DNA of 64,000 bases from Casimicrobiaceae bacterium. Lineage in GTDB: Bacteria; Pseudomonadota; Gammaproteobacteria; Burkholderiales; Casimicrobiaceae. Positions 18,166 through 26,727 of the stretch are shown piece after piece (positions within the stretch are counted from its first letter, which is position 1; the number at the start of each line of letters is the position of its first letter). The stretch is from assembly GCA_036505865.1 (NCBI GenBank), contig DASXSP010000002.1, positions 6,745 through 70,744 of the forward strand, written 5' to 3'. Under the pieces are notes generated by a model. The model saw only the letters and a program-made list of their open reading frames with translations, was not told the origin of the DNA and searched no databases. The position numbers and the translations under genes were made by a program.

Positions 18166-20394
18166 ATGGCACATACGCTCGCGGCTCGAAACCGTCGTTC
18201 GTTCTTTAGCGCCGTTGTTTGCACAGCTGCCATTTTTGCAGCGATTGCCAATATCGGTGCGTATGGCGCTGGGCTTTCATCGCCGCCAACCACGACTCCT
18301 CCGGTCTCGTCGAATGCGACCGCTTTGGGAGTGCACAAACCATCCGTATCCCCGAATGTGACTAGTGCAGGCTCCTCGAGCGCGGGTGCTCCGAGCTCCT
18401 CGGAGACGACTCCACCGGTCGCATCGGCTCCGAATCCACCAACGTTCGCCAAAGGATATGTCCTCGTCCAGGCTCGACCGGGCCTTTCAGACGTGGAGTT
18501 CGACAAGGCACTCTCACCTCATGGGGGCAAAGCGGTCGGGCGCATTGGCAACCTAAATGTTTACGTGGTCACCTTGCCGACAAATGCGTCGGAACAGGCA
18601 GTGGCTCACGCTCTCGCCCAGCATCCTCACATCAAATCCGCGGAAGTCGATCGGTTCGTGCCGCCCGGTCTGATCCCCAACGATACGTACTACGGTAGCG
18701 CATGGCACCTGCAAATGGTGAACGCGCCAGCCGCTTGGGACTATTCGACTGGATCTGGCATCACGGTGGCCATTCTGGACAGTGGTGTCGACGGCACGCA
18801 CCCCGATCTACAAGGACAATTGGTTCCAGGATGGAACTTTTACGACAACAACAGCAATACAGCCGATGTCTACGGCCATGGCACGATGGTGGCTGGAGTA
18901 GTCGGCGCTACCGCGAACAATGCGATCGGAGTCACAGGCATTGCATGGAACGCCAAAATCATGCCCATTCGCATAACCGGCACCGATGGGATGGCCACAT
19001 TGAGCGGATTCACTAATGGATTGACCTACGCGGCTGATCATGGCGCGCGGGTGGCCAACCTTAGTTTCGCGGCGCAATCCAGCTCAACAGTTCAAACCGC
19101 TGCGCAGTATTTCAAGAACAAGGGCGGTGTGGTCGTCAATTCGGCAGGAAACTATGCAACGCTCGACTCGACGCCGCCGAGCGACACACTGGTTTCAGTT
19201 TCCGCGACCGACAGCGGCGATGCGCTTGCCACCTGGTCTAGCTATGGCCCTTACGTGGACGTGTCTGCGCCTGGCGTCGGCATATGGACAACAACAGCTG
19301 GTGGCGGATATGGCGCGGTATCCGGAACATCGTTTTCGAGTCCGCTTACGGCAGGCGTCGTTGCACTGATCATGGCGGCGAACCCCAGACTGTCACCAAC
19401 CCAAGTCGTGAGCCTGCTGGAGTCCACGGCCGCTGACCGGGGCACCACCGGGTATGACTATTACTATGGCTACGGACGCATCAATGCGGGGGCCGCAGTA
19501 ATCGCCGCAGCGGGGGCAAATACCGCTGATACCCAACCGCCGACGGCAGCCATTTCATCGCCTACTGGCGGGACCATCAGCGGCATCGTACCCGTCAACG
19601 TCAGCGCCAGCGATAACGTGGGTGTCACGCGAGTCGAGCTTTTGGTGAACGGCACGCTGCTCGCCACCGACACGACGACGCCTTACGGGTTCAGCTGGGA
19701 CAGCGCAGCGTTTGCTGGCAGCACCGTCGCGCTGGTGGCGCGCGCTTACGACGCGGCCGGTAATTCGGCAGATTCGGCGGCCGTCACTGTGACCGTCGCG
19801 AGCATCGCGCTCCCACCGGGACCCGACACGACCCCGCCAACCGTCAGCATTTCGGCGCCCCCCAGCGGAACCGTAAGCGGAGTCGTCACCGTCACCGTCA
19901 GCGCTACAGACAACGTAGGCGTGACGCGAGTCGATCTTTTGGTCAACGGAGCGGTACTCGCGAGCGACACCACGGCGCCGTACACCTTTAACTGGGACAC
20001 AACAGCTCTCGCCGGTACCACCAACACGCTGGTAGCACGCGCCTACGACGCGGCCGGCAATTCGGGAGATTCCCAAACTGTCACGGTGACGGTCGCCAGC
20101 GCCTCGGGTGGCTCCAGCCAGGACACGACGCCGCCTACGGTCGCCATTTCCAAACCGAGTGACGGAAGCACTGTAACGGGGACGGTTACCATCAACGCAT
20201 CGGCCAGCGACAACGTAGCAGTCACCAGCCTCAGTGTGTATGTAGATGGCGTGCTTGTGACCAGTGGAAATCGCTCGTCGATGACCTACAAGTGGAATAC
20301 CCGCAAGGCCGCTAGCGGCGCGCATACGATCAGCGCCGTAGCGAAAGATGCGGCAGGTAATCAGGCGACGACGACTGTAAACGTCACCAAGTAA
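18166..20394 (+). CDS. S8 subtilase (fervidolysin-like prodomain) with three C-terminal bacterial Ig-like domains
   Basis: AILDSG (D), GHGTMVAG (H), SGTSFSSP (S); three DTxPPTxxISxP repeats; NRRSFF plus hydrophobic N-terminus; alternative starts 18082/18112. Confidence 0.92.
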   Translation: MAHTLAARNRRSFFSAVVCTAAIFAAIANIGAYGAGLSSPPTTTPPVSSNATALGVHKPSVSPNVTSAGSSSAGAPSSSETTPPVASAPNPPTFAKGYVLVQARPGLSDVEFDKALSPHGGKAVGRIGNLNVYVVTLPTNASEQAVAHALAQHPHIKSAEVDRFVPPGLIPNDTYYGSAWHLQMVNAPAAWDYSTGSGITVAILDSGVDGTHPDLQGQLVPGWNFYDNNSNTADVYGHGTMVAGVVGATANNAIGVTGIAWNAKIMPIRITGTDGMATLSGFTNGLTYAADHGARVANLSFAAQSSSTVQTAAQYFKNKGGVVVNSAGNYATLDSTPPSDTLVSVSATDSGDALATWSSYGPYVDVSAPGVGIWTTTAGGGYGAVSGTSFSSPLTAGVVALIMAANPRLSPTQVVSLLESTAADRGTTGYDYYYGYGRINAGAAVIAAAGANTADTQPPTAAISSPTGGTISGIVPVNVSASDNVGVTRVELLVNGTLLATDTTTPYGFSWDSAAFAGSTVALVARAYDAAGNSADSAAVTVTVASIALPPGPDTTPPTVSISAPPSGTVSGVVTVTVSATDNVGVTRVDLLVNGAVLASDTTAPYTFNWDTTALAGTTNTLVARAYDAAGNSGDSQTVTVTVASASGGSSQDTTPPTVAISKPSDGSTVTGTVTINASASDNVAVTSLSVYVDGVLVTSGNRSSMTYKWNTRKAASGAHTISAVAKDAAGNQATTTVNVTK

Positions 20395-20405
20395 ATCGAG
20401 CATGC

Positions 20406-20439
20406 AAAAAAACGCCGGCCAAGGCCGGCGTTTTTCTTT
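20406..20439. terminator. Bidirectional intrinsic terminator
   Basis: A7-CGCCGGCC-aa-GGCCGGCG-T5 between convergent genes. Confidence 0.9.
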
Positions 20440-20454
20440 GAAGGATGCTCGCGC

Positions 20455-21141
20455 TTATCGGTTGTTCCGACGACGCCGAATGGCCGGGACGCTCATCCCC
20501 AGGAGCGCAATACCCAGAAGCGCCAATGTCGCGGGCTCAGGCGTTTGCTGCGGCGTGCACACCGGCGGCGTGCAGACCGTGCCCACGCTCGCGTCGACAA
20601 AGCCGGTGAGGCCGGTAGTGCCGCTGATAATGTCCATTCCAAAAAATTGACCGTCTGCATTCGCCGTGAGATCCGTCAGGTCCAACCCCGCAGCAGCTAC
20701 TGTGAAAGTGAGGCTACTACCAGCGGGGCTGCCTCCTCCGCCACCACAAGCTACCGGTATGCACGTGACCCCGTAATCGAAGAAGCCGGTGCCGTCCATG
20801 TGCAAATCACCATTAGCTACGGGATTAGCACCACCCACAGCAGCCCAACCAGCGGTCAGGCCGCTGTAGCTAATCGAAGGAATGCTGCCCAAGTTAAAGG
20901 CGAAGGTCGCATCTTGGCCGGTTTGTATAAATTGGTTGCCGTTAAGTAGGCTGACCGTGAAAGTGAGGCTGCCGCCACCGTTGTCGTGCACTACGATTGT
21001 TCCGCCCGACGTTTGACCGGTGAGGCATCCGCCCGTGCAATGGTCCGACGTTATTTGAAAGAGTAAATCTGCGCTACTGGCGGTCGAGAATGCCGCGAGC
21101 GCGCAAGTTCCAATAACCGCTAAAATATTCCGTAGTCTCAT
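20455..21141 (-). CDS. PEP-CTERM exosortase-target protein
   Basis: Signal peptide ending ASSA; C-terminal TPEPATLALLGIALLG...RRRR. Confidence 0.92.
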   Translation of the reverse strand: MRLRNILAVIGTCALAAFSTASSADLLFQITSDHCTGGCLTGQTSGGTIVVHDNGGGSLTFTVSLLNGNQFIQTGQDATFAFNLGSIPSISYSGLTAGWAAVGGANPVANGDLHMDGTGFFDYGVTCIPVACGGGGGSPAGSSLTFTVAAAGLDLTDLTANADGQFFGMDIISGTTGLTGFVDASVGTVCTPPVCTPQQTPEPATLALLGIALLGMSVPAIRRRRNNR

Positions 21142-21198
21142 GGTCCCCACTCCCTACTTTACAATTGGCCGCGAAATGCGCCCAGTTGTTGAGCTCTC

Positions 21199-21214
21199 TG
21201 CAATTTGTAAGCCA
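21199..21214 (-). promoter_or_regulatory. sigma54 promoter for PEP-CTERM gene 1
   Basis: Minus strand TGGCTTACAAATTGCA, GG-N10-GC. Confidence 0.8.
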
Positions 21215-21276
21215 CGATGATAATTCATTGAATTTATTGGGCACATTTATGCAATGATGTCGTCATAGAGGCTTTT

Positions 21277-21293
21277 TGTAAAAGCTATCGACA
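21277..21293. promoter_or_regulatory. Candidate enhancer (PrsR-like) TGTAAAAGCTATCGACA
   Basis: TGT-N11-ACA; near-identical motif at 22255-22271 at the same distance from its sigma54 site. Confidence 0.65.
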
Positions 21294-21348
21294 TCCGACA
21301 GGCGCACCGAGACGACCCGGGCCGCCGTGTGGCCAATTGTCTATATAT

Positions 21349-21370
21349 AAAAAAGGCGACCGAAGTCGCC
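21349..21370 (-). terminator. Intrinsic terminator after PEP-CTERM gene 2
   Basis: Minus strand GGCGAC-TTCG-GTCGCC-TTTTTT. Confidence 0.88.
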
Positions 21371-21401
21371 CTTGTTCTTTCGACGCTCGCCAGGGACCAG
21401 A

Positions 21402-22118
21402 TCAGGCCCGTCGTTGTCTGCGGAGAAGGGCCAAACTGAAGAGACCTAATCCAACCAGTGCCAACGTCTGCGGCTCGGGCGTCTGGTTTGGCGGGAAATT
21501 ACCAGTTATGGCGATCAGGCCGGTATTACCGGCACCGGGGCCGCTCGTGTTGCTGTTGAACACGTCGACGACGAAGTAGGCTAGGCCATCGCCCCCGGCC
21601 GGATTCGCGAGATTGAGCAATTGATTCACATCAATCAAGCCGGCTCGAAATACTGTGAAGGAAACGGAACCCACGGCCGAGGCGCTGCCCGCACTCGGGC
21701 CGGTTGTTGCGGCCGCATTGTTGAAGAAGCCGAAGCCATCGAAGTGCAGGTCACTCGCCGCATGACTAAGGGCGCCGGAGTAGGCGGCGGAGCTGAAATT
21801 GCCGATCGTGAGGCCTCCGCCCAAGCTGTCACTAAATCCAAAGGAACCGGGGAAGCCGGTGTTGACGATTCTGAACCCCGACGCTAGCGAGACGGATACT
21901 GTGACGGTGTTCCCGCTGAGCGATAGACCCAGCGTACCGAAGTTGCCTGTGCCGAACGCTGAGCCGCTGTTGCCTTGAGTGAAGGTGAGGCTGCAATTGG
22001 TGGTCGACGCGCATAGAGCGGCGGACGCAGGCGCGCTTGCCAGCAGCGTCCCACCTGCGACGATCAAGCCGGCGTAAAAGGCTGATGCTACGACATTGCG
22101 GAGTGACTTGCTCATCAT
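21402..22118 (-). CDS. PEP-CTERM exosortase-target protein
   Basis: Signal ending APASA; C-terminal TPEPQTLALVGLGLFSLALLRRQRRA. Confidence 0.92.
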   Translation of the reverse strand: MMSKSLRNVVASAFYAGLIVAGGTLLASAPASAALCASTTNCSLTFTQGNSGSAFGTGNFGTLGLSLSGNTVTVSVSLASGFRIVNTGFPGSFGFSDSLGGGLTIGNFSSAAYSGALSHAASDLHFDGFGFFNNAAATTGPSAGSASAVGSVSFTVFRAGLIDVNQLLNLANPAGGDGLAYFVVDVFNSNTSGPGAGNTGLIAITGNFPPNQTPEPQTLALVGLGLFSLALLRRQRRA

Positions 22119-22175
22119 GAAATTGTCCCTGGGTTGTAAGACGGCCAAGCAACGGGCCCTCCATGGCCCACTCTC

Positions 22176-22191
22176 AGCAATTCGCAAGCCA
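22176..22191 (-). promoter_or_regulatory. sigma54 promoter for PEP-CTERM gene 2
   Basis: Minus strand TGGCTTGCGAATTGCT, GG-N10-GC. Confidence 0.8.
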
Positions 22192-22254
22192 GTGCGACAA
22201 CGCTTTGATTTTGCGTAGTATTATCGGTGCGTCCGGTCAGTCATGACGGTCCGC

Positions 22255-22271
22255 TGGAAAATATATCGACA
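22255..22271. promoter_or_regulatory. Candidate enhancer TGGAAAATATATCGACA
   Basis: 14/17 identical to 21277-21293. Confidence 0.62.
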
Positions 22272-22427
22272 CTGAAAACTTAGAGAAATGTGACTAGTTA
22301 GCCTCTATTCGTCATTTTTGGCTAATTTGTTATAGTCTAATTGCAGTAGACACGGTGCATTGTCGGCACCTCATTGCACTAAACAGCTTGAGTTGCTCAA
22401 GTCGGCGTTAGCCGCTCACGCTATGGA

Positions 22428-23156
22428 TTAGCGTCGTGGCCGCCCAGATAGCCTAATCGCACAGCCGCTCATGATCATCGCGTCATCCGACGCGAGAAAC
22501 AGAATGACATCGGCAATTGAGGAAGGCGGTGTCCATCCTGAGGTGTCGGCATCGGGCATCGCGGTCCGGTTTTGTGGCGTGTCGATGATGGTCGGCATCA
22601 CGCAGCACACACAGATCCCGTGTGGGCGCAGTTCTGCGGCCATGCTTTCGGTAAGCCGCACGACGGCATTCTTGGCGACGCCATAGGCTGCCATGTTGGG
22701 CTGGCCGCGTATGCTCGCGGCGGCGGCGACGTTGATGATGTTGCCCGCTTTGCGTTCGATCATGCCGGGTACGGCGGCCTTGACAGTGTTGACGACGCTC
22801 ATGGCGTTCAAATCGAACATCCGCTGCCATATCGACGCAGGCGTCTCGTGCACTGGCGGTCCCGACGCAAATCCGCCCGCGATATTGCAGAGAATGTCGA
22901 TTCGTCCAAACTTCTCGCGCGCGGTTTGGACTGCGGAGGCGATCGACGCTTCGTCGATCAAATCAGCGGCAAGAAGGAGTCGTCGCTCCGCGGAAGGGCC
23001 GTAGGCGTCGTTCAATGCGCCTGCATCAATGTCCACCAGCACGACATTGGCGCCTGACGCGTGGAACGCAGCGCCAACTGCCCGGCCCAGATTTCCGGCA
23101 GCGCCGGTGACCAGCGCCACTTTGCCATCGAAGGTCATCGCGTTAGTGAGGGCCAT
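22428..23156 (-). CDS. SDR family NAD(P)-dependent oxidoreductase
   Basis: TGAAGNLG, NIAGG, YGVAK. Confidence 0.92.
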   Translation of the reverse strand: MALTNAMTFDGKVALVTGAAGNLGRAVGAAFHASGANVVLVDIDAGALNDAYGPSAERRLLLAADLIDEASIASAVQTAREKFGRIDILCNIAGGFASGPPVHETPASIWQRMFDLNAMSVVNTVKAAVPGMIERKAGNIINVAAAASIRGQPNMAAYGVAKNAVVRLTESMAAELRPHGICVCCVMPTIIDTPQNRTAMPDADTSGWTPPSSIADVILFLASDDAMIMSGCAIRLSGRPRR

Positions 23157-24039
23157 TTAGAAGGTTCGATGGCGAGAATTGGTCGGTCAGCACCCGCGTA
23201 GCGGGCGGCCACCCGCGCTCGATCTCGATCTGCGGCAACAGCCACGTTTTATCGACGCCAAGGGCTGCAAGCTTCGTCTCCAACAGATCGGCGTTACGAA
23301 CAATATCGGATTTCGGCGGCAGGCCACCCGACTGCCACAAGATGACGCGGTTATTCTTCTTCAAGCCGAAGAAATCGCCGAAGACGCTGTAATAGGTTGC
23401 CGACTCGTAATCGTAAAGCTTGCTCACCGAGAACGTGTTGGCTGCAAGCACGCCACGATCAGCCAGCAGCGATTTGACTTCGAGCAGGAATTCGCGCGTC
23501 AGCATGTGCTCGGGAATGTACTCATGGTCGAACGCGTCGAGGACGATCAAGTTGTACATCACGCCTTGTCGCTGCATCCGTTTGACGAAGACGCGTCCGT
23601 CCTCCTCGTAGACGCGCGTATCCCGTCCGGGCTCGAAAGCGAAGAACCGCCGTGCGACCCGAACGACGGCCGGATCGATTTCCACTGCGTCGATCGATGC
23701 TGACGGGAACAGCCGTTGCAATGCACTGGGCAGCGTTCCGCCACCGACGCCAAGAATGAGAATGCGCTGGGGCGCAGGATTGAGATAAAGCGCCGCCATC
23801 ATCATCCGCGCATAGTTGAATACAAGCTTCGTCGGCTCTGCAAGAATCACGCACGATTGCCGGGCCATCGTGGTGCGGGTGAACGCCATGCATCGCAAGC
23901 CGTCTTCCTCGTAGACGAAGATATTGCGATAGAGCGACCGCTCCCGGTGCAGCACTTCGATGCCCGGATCCGTCGCGGATGCCAGCGGAGCCGCAACCGC
24001 CAGTGCATAGACCAGTCGCTTAAATCGCGACGCGCGCAT
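23143..24039 (-). CDS. Spermidine-synthase-like SAM-dependent domain protein
   Basis: ILILGVGGGT, AVEIDP, EDGR, IVLDAF, VLTDQFSP; hydrophobic N-terminus. Confidence 0.85.
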   Translation of the reverse strand: MRASRFKRLVYALAVAAPLASATDPGIEVLHRERSLYRNIFVYEEDGLRCMAFTRTTMARQSCVILAEPTKLVFNYARMMMAALYLNPAPQRILILGVGGGTLPSALQRLFPSASIDAVEIDPAVVRVARRFFAFEPGRDTRVYEEDGRVFVKRMQRQGVMYNLIVLDAFDHEYIPEHMLTREFLLEVKSLLADRGVLAANTFSVSKLYDYESATYYSVFGDFFGLKKNNRVILWQSGGLPPKSDIVRNADLLETKLAALGVDKTWLLPQIEIERGWPPATRVLTDQFSPSNLLNGPH

Positions 24040-24628
24040 TGCGAAATCCTAGAGCTGCGACCCCGATGACGGCGGATACGGCGATCATGCCGATGAAGAT
24101 CTGATTGATCTCGAACCACAGCACCATATAGAAGGACGTGACGATCGTTCCCGCGGCGCTACCGAACGTCGACACGAAGAAAAGCAGGCCGGCTGAACGG
24201 CCCGTTGCGCGGAGTTCCGTGGCCAGCAGGCGAACTGCATAGGGTGAAACCATTCCCGAAACCGCGGTAGGGATGAAAAACAGCGTCGACGATGCGAGCA
24301 ACGACGCGTAACGCGGATCGTGGACGCGATTGAAGATCCACTCGAGCACCGGATCGCCGACGATCACGATTGGCAGCGTTGCTGCGGCAGCGGCGAGGAG
24401 CAGACCAGCGAGCTTTGACTGCGTCGGGGCGACTACCGATAACTGCCCGCCGGCCAAATAGCCGACCGACAAGGCTACCATGAATACGGTGATGATGCCG
24501 CCCCACACATAAATGCTGTTTCCGAAATTAGGTGCGAGGATTCTGCCGCTCAATAGCTCGATCGCCATCACGTAATAGCCGCTCCAACCTGCAATCAGAT
24601 AAATGAGAAGCCGGTGCGACGAAGGCAT
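24020..24628 (-). CDS. Membrane protein equivalent to the MFS-like half of fused MFS/spermidine synthases
   Basis: MAIELLSGRILAPNFGNSIYVWGGII, LSVGYLAGG, STFGSAAGT. Confidence 0.85.
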   Translation of the reverse strand: MPSSHRLLIYLIAGWSGYYVMAIELLSGRILAPNFGNSIYVWGGIITVFMVALSVGYLAGGQLSVVAPTQSKLAGLLLAAAAATLPIVIVGDPVLEWIFNRVHDPRYASLLASSTLFFIPTAVSGMVSPYAVRLLATELRATGRSAGLLFFVSTFGSAAGTIVTSFYMVLWFEINQIFIGMIAVSAVIGVAALGFRNARVAI

Positions 24629-24854
24629 CAAGACGAGGATAACGGACTGGTGGCGCCGTCGGGCATTGAAGCATGCGCCGGCGGCCGTTGTCATGCGTGA
24701 CGCAAAAATAGGCGAAAACGGCTGTCGCGGGCGTTCGGAATTTTCCTACAGGACGCATTCATGCCGGACGACAAACACGTTGGCGAGCGTCCTATTGCAG
24801 CGTTTACCGACCAGCGTATCGTCGGTACCGATTTACTGCCCGCACGGAGGCTAT

Positions 24855-25046
24855 GTGAAATCGCTCCTGGACCCGACGTTTAAATATGTACCGAGCGTGG
24901 AAACCGATATCCGCAAGACCTTCGCGCGCATCCGGCGCGAAGCGAGGCGTCAGCCGCCGGTGCCGCCAGCAAATAACGACAGGTCAAGCAAGATCGCTGT
25001 TCTCTTCGGCGACAAGGCTTTCGCCGACAAAAAGCGGGCGTTGTAA
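24855..25046 (+). CDS. Small basic conserved hypothetical protein (63 aa)
   Basis: GGAGG RBS then GTG; MKSLLDPTFKYVPSVETDIRKTFARIRRE resembles a small betaproteobacterial family (recalled, unverified). Confidence 0.7.
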   Translation: MKSLLDPTFKYVPSVETDIRKTFARIRREARRQPPVPPANNDRSSKIAVLFGDKAFADKKRAL

Positions 25047-25071
25047 CGCGGGGGTGGCGGTCGCCTGCGGG

Positions 25072-25572
25072 TCAGCCGCGACTTTCGAGATCTTCGACCG
25101 CGTCTGCGAGACGTTCTTTCTCCGCTACGATTGAAGCGTAGAGGCGCGCATTGAGGCCGGGCTGATCGCGCTCGACTAGCGCAAGCAACGACACCTCTTC
25201 CTGGCCAATGTGATCGCGCGCAAGTCGCTCGAGTCGGTCGACGCTCGCCGACATCTCCGCCGCGCTATTACGACTGTCGCGCATGACGGCAATGCACGAG
25301 GTCATTTCGTCGTGCTCGGTCAGAAACGCGCGAATGAGCGGCCCGTAATAAGGCGCCAGCGACGGATACAAAATCGTGCGCTCGACGCGATCGTGCATTT
25401 CGATCATCATGCCAATGTGCTGGACGATCGCGTCGCGCGGATCATGCGGGTTCCGCCAGGCGTCGCGATATTCGCGAAACGCTCCAAGAATCGCTTCATG
25501 CTCTCGCCGCAACAGCGCAGTTGCGCGATGGTCGACGCTCGTCAAGTCGTCAAGAGCACTTTGTAGGTCCAT
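25072..25572 (-). CDS. Hemerythrin/HHE cation-binding domain protein
   Basis: EH...HDRVERTILYP...EHDEM...HIGQEE pattern. Confidence 0.82.
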   Translation of the reverse strand: MDLQSALDDLTSVDHRATALLRREHEAILGAFREYRDAWRNPHDPRDAIVQHIGMMIEMHDRVERTILYPSLAPYYGPLIRAFLTEHDEMTSCIAVMRDSRNSAAEMSASVDRLERLARDHIGQEEVSLLALVERDQPGLNARLYASIVAEKERLADAVEDLESRG

Positions 25573-25618
25573 GGCGGAGCCCTCTTTTCGACTTATGCCT
25601 TTGCATGACGGATGCCTT

Positions 25619-25634
25619 TGCATGACGCATGCCA
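25619..25634 (-). promoter_or_regulatory. sigma54 promoter for the hemerythrin gene
   Basis: Minus strand TGGCATGCGTCATGCA, GG-N10-GC. Confidence 0.7.
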
Positions 25635-25764
25635 GCGCGATACTCCACGACAAACTCGCTCATTCGCCAAAGCCCGTGCGTAAACGCTGCACCACGCGTC
25701 GGCAAAGACTACCGGCGCGATCAATGGATTTTCGCCCGACGGCGCTCTGTGGCCCATTTGCGCG

Positions 25765-25780
25765 TGGCACAGCGCTTGCG
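25765..25780 (+). promoter_or_regulatory. sigma54 promoter for the PRC-barrel gene
   Basis: TGGCACAGCGCTTGCG, near-consensus. Confidence 0.8.
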
Positions 25781-25982
25781 ATTGGATGAACACATCGATT
25801 GGACGCATCGTGGTCCATACACCGCGATCGTGAGTCGATGACAAGATCGATCAACACGAACGCTCGCGCGAGCGAGAAAGGACATTCCCATGCCAAACCA
25901 ACGCACAACGGTAGGCCGCGGCAAGGCAACGACCGGCGCCGGCGACGTGATGCGCGATTCGATGCTGCGCGAAGACGACACG

Positions 25983-26414
25983 ATGACGGGTAATGAAGCA
26001 GTAACCGCGCGTGAGCGCGGATACGACAAGAACGCCGACAACGATTACTGGACGAGCGAAGGGCCCGGCCCAAAAGTGATGGCGGCGGACACGCTGCAAG
26101 GCGATAGCGTCTACAACGAAGCGGACGAGAAGTTGGGTGAGCTTACGGACATCATGATCGACGTGCCGACAGGTCGCGTCGCATACGCCGTCATGTCGGT
26201 CGGCGGTCTTTTCGGAATCGGCGACAAGCTCTTCGCGATTCCATGGCAAGCGCTGACGCTCGACACCGAAAACAAATGCTTCCGGATGAACGTATCGAAA
26301 GAGCGGCTCAAAGACGCGCCCGGATTCGACAAAGATCACTGGCCGACGATGGCCGATCAAACGTGGGCGCAGGAGATCCACGAGTTCTACGACGCGCGGC
26401 CTTATTGGTATTGA
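25983..26414 (+). CDS. PRC-barrel domain protein
   Basis: GPGPKVMAADTLQGDSV...DIMIDVPTGRVAYAVMSVGGLFGIGDKLFAIPWQAL...APGFDKDHWP. Confidence 0.92.
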   Translation: MTGNEAVTARERGYDKNADNDYWTSEGPGPKVMAADTLQGDSVYNEADEKLGELTDIMIDVPTGRVAYAVMSVGGLFGIGDKLFAIPWQALTLDTENKCFRMNVSKERLKDAPGFDKDHWPTMADQTWAQEIHEFYDARPYWY

Positions 26415-26496
26415 ACGAACGAGCGACGGCGCGCGCGATTACCCACCCGCCGCGGCGCAGATCGAAGGTGCATTGCGCGTCGGATTTTCCGGACGC

Positions 26497-26507
26497 GTAA
26501 GACTTAC
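26497..26507. promoter_or_regulatory. GTAA-N3-TTAC palindrome (candidate activator site 1)
   Basis: GTAAGACTTACCACG; same core at 28162 and 34420. Confidence 0.45.
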
Positions 26508-26510
26508 CAC

Positions 26511-26551
26511 GGAAATGTGGAAGCAGTAACAATGGCCTCTTCCACATTTCC
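26511..26551. promoter_or_regulatory. Perfect 13-bp inverted repeat upstream of the NtrC-type regulator
   Basis: GGAAATGTGGAAG-N15-CTTCCACATTTCC. Confidence 0.6.
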
Positions 26552-26727
26552 TACAACACTCCACAGCGCAACTTTTGCGCGGTAATCAAAAAACAATCTA
26601 AAAATCAATCCGCTTCGAGCGCATGCGCATGCGTTGCGCAGATACGGCGCAATGCGGTATGGCTCTTGCGGTTGATGTTGCCCGATCAACAGGCCCTTCC
26701 GCCGCACACTGACGCGGAGATTTCCCG

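Noticed and set aside
19520-20390. Roughly 300-bp repeats in the subtilase 3' end
   Set aside because: In-frame Ig-like domain repeats, not a separate DNA element.
24780-24800. TGGC...TTGCA upstream of the 63-aa ORF as a sigma54 promoter
   Set aside because: GG-to-GC spacing is 13, not the required 10.
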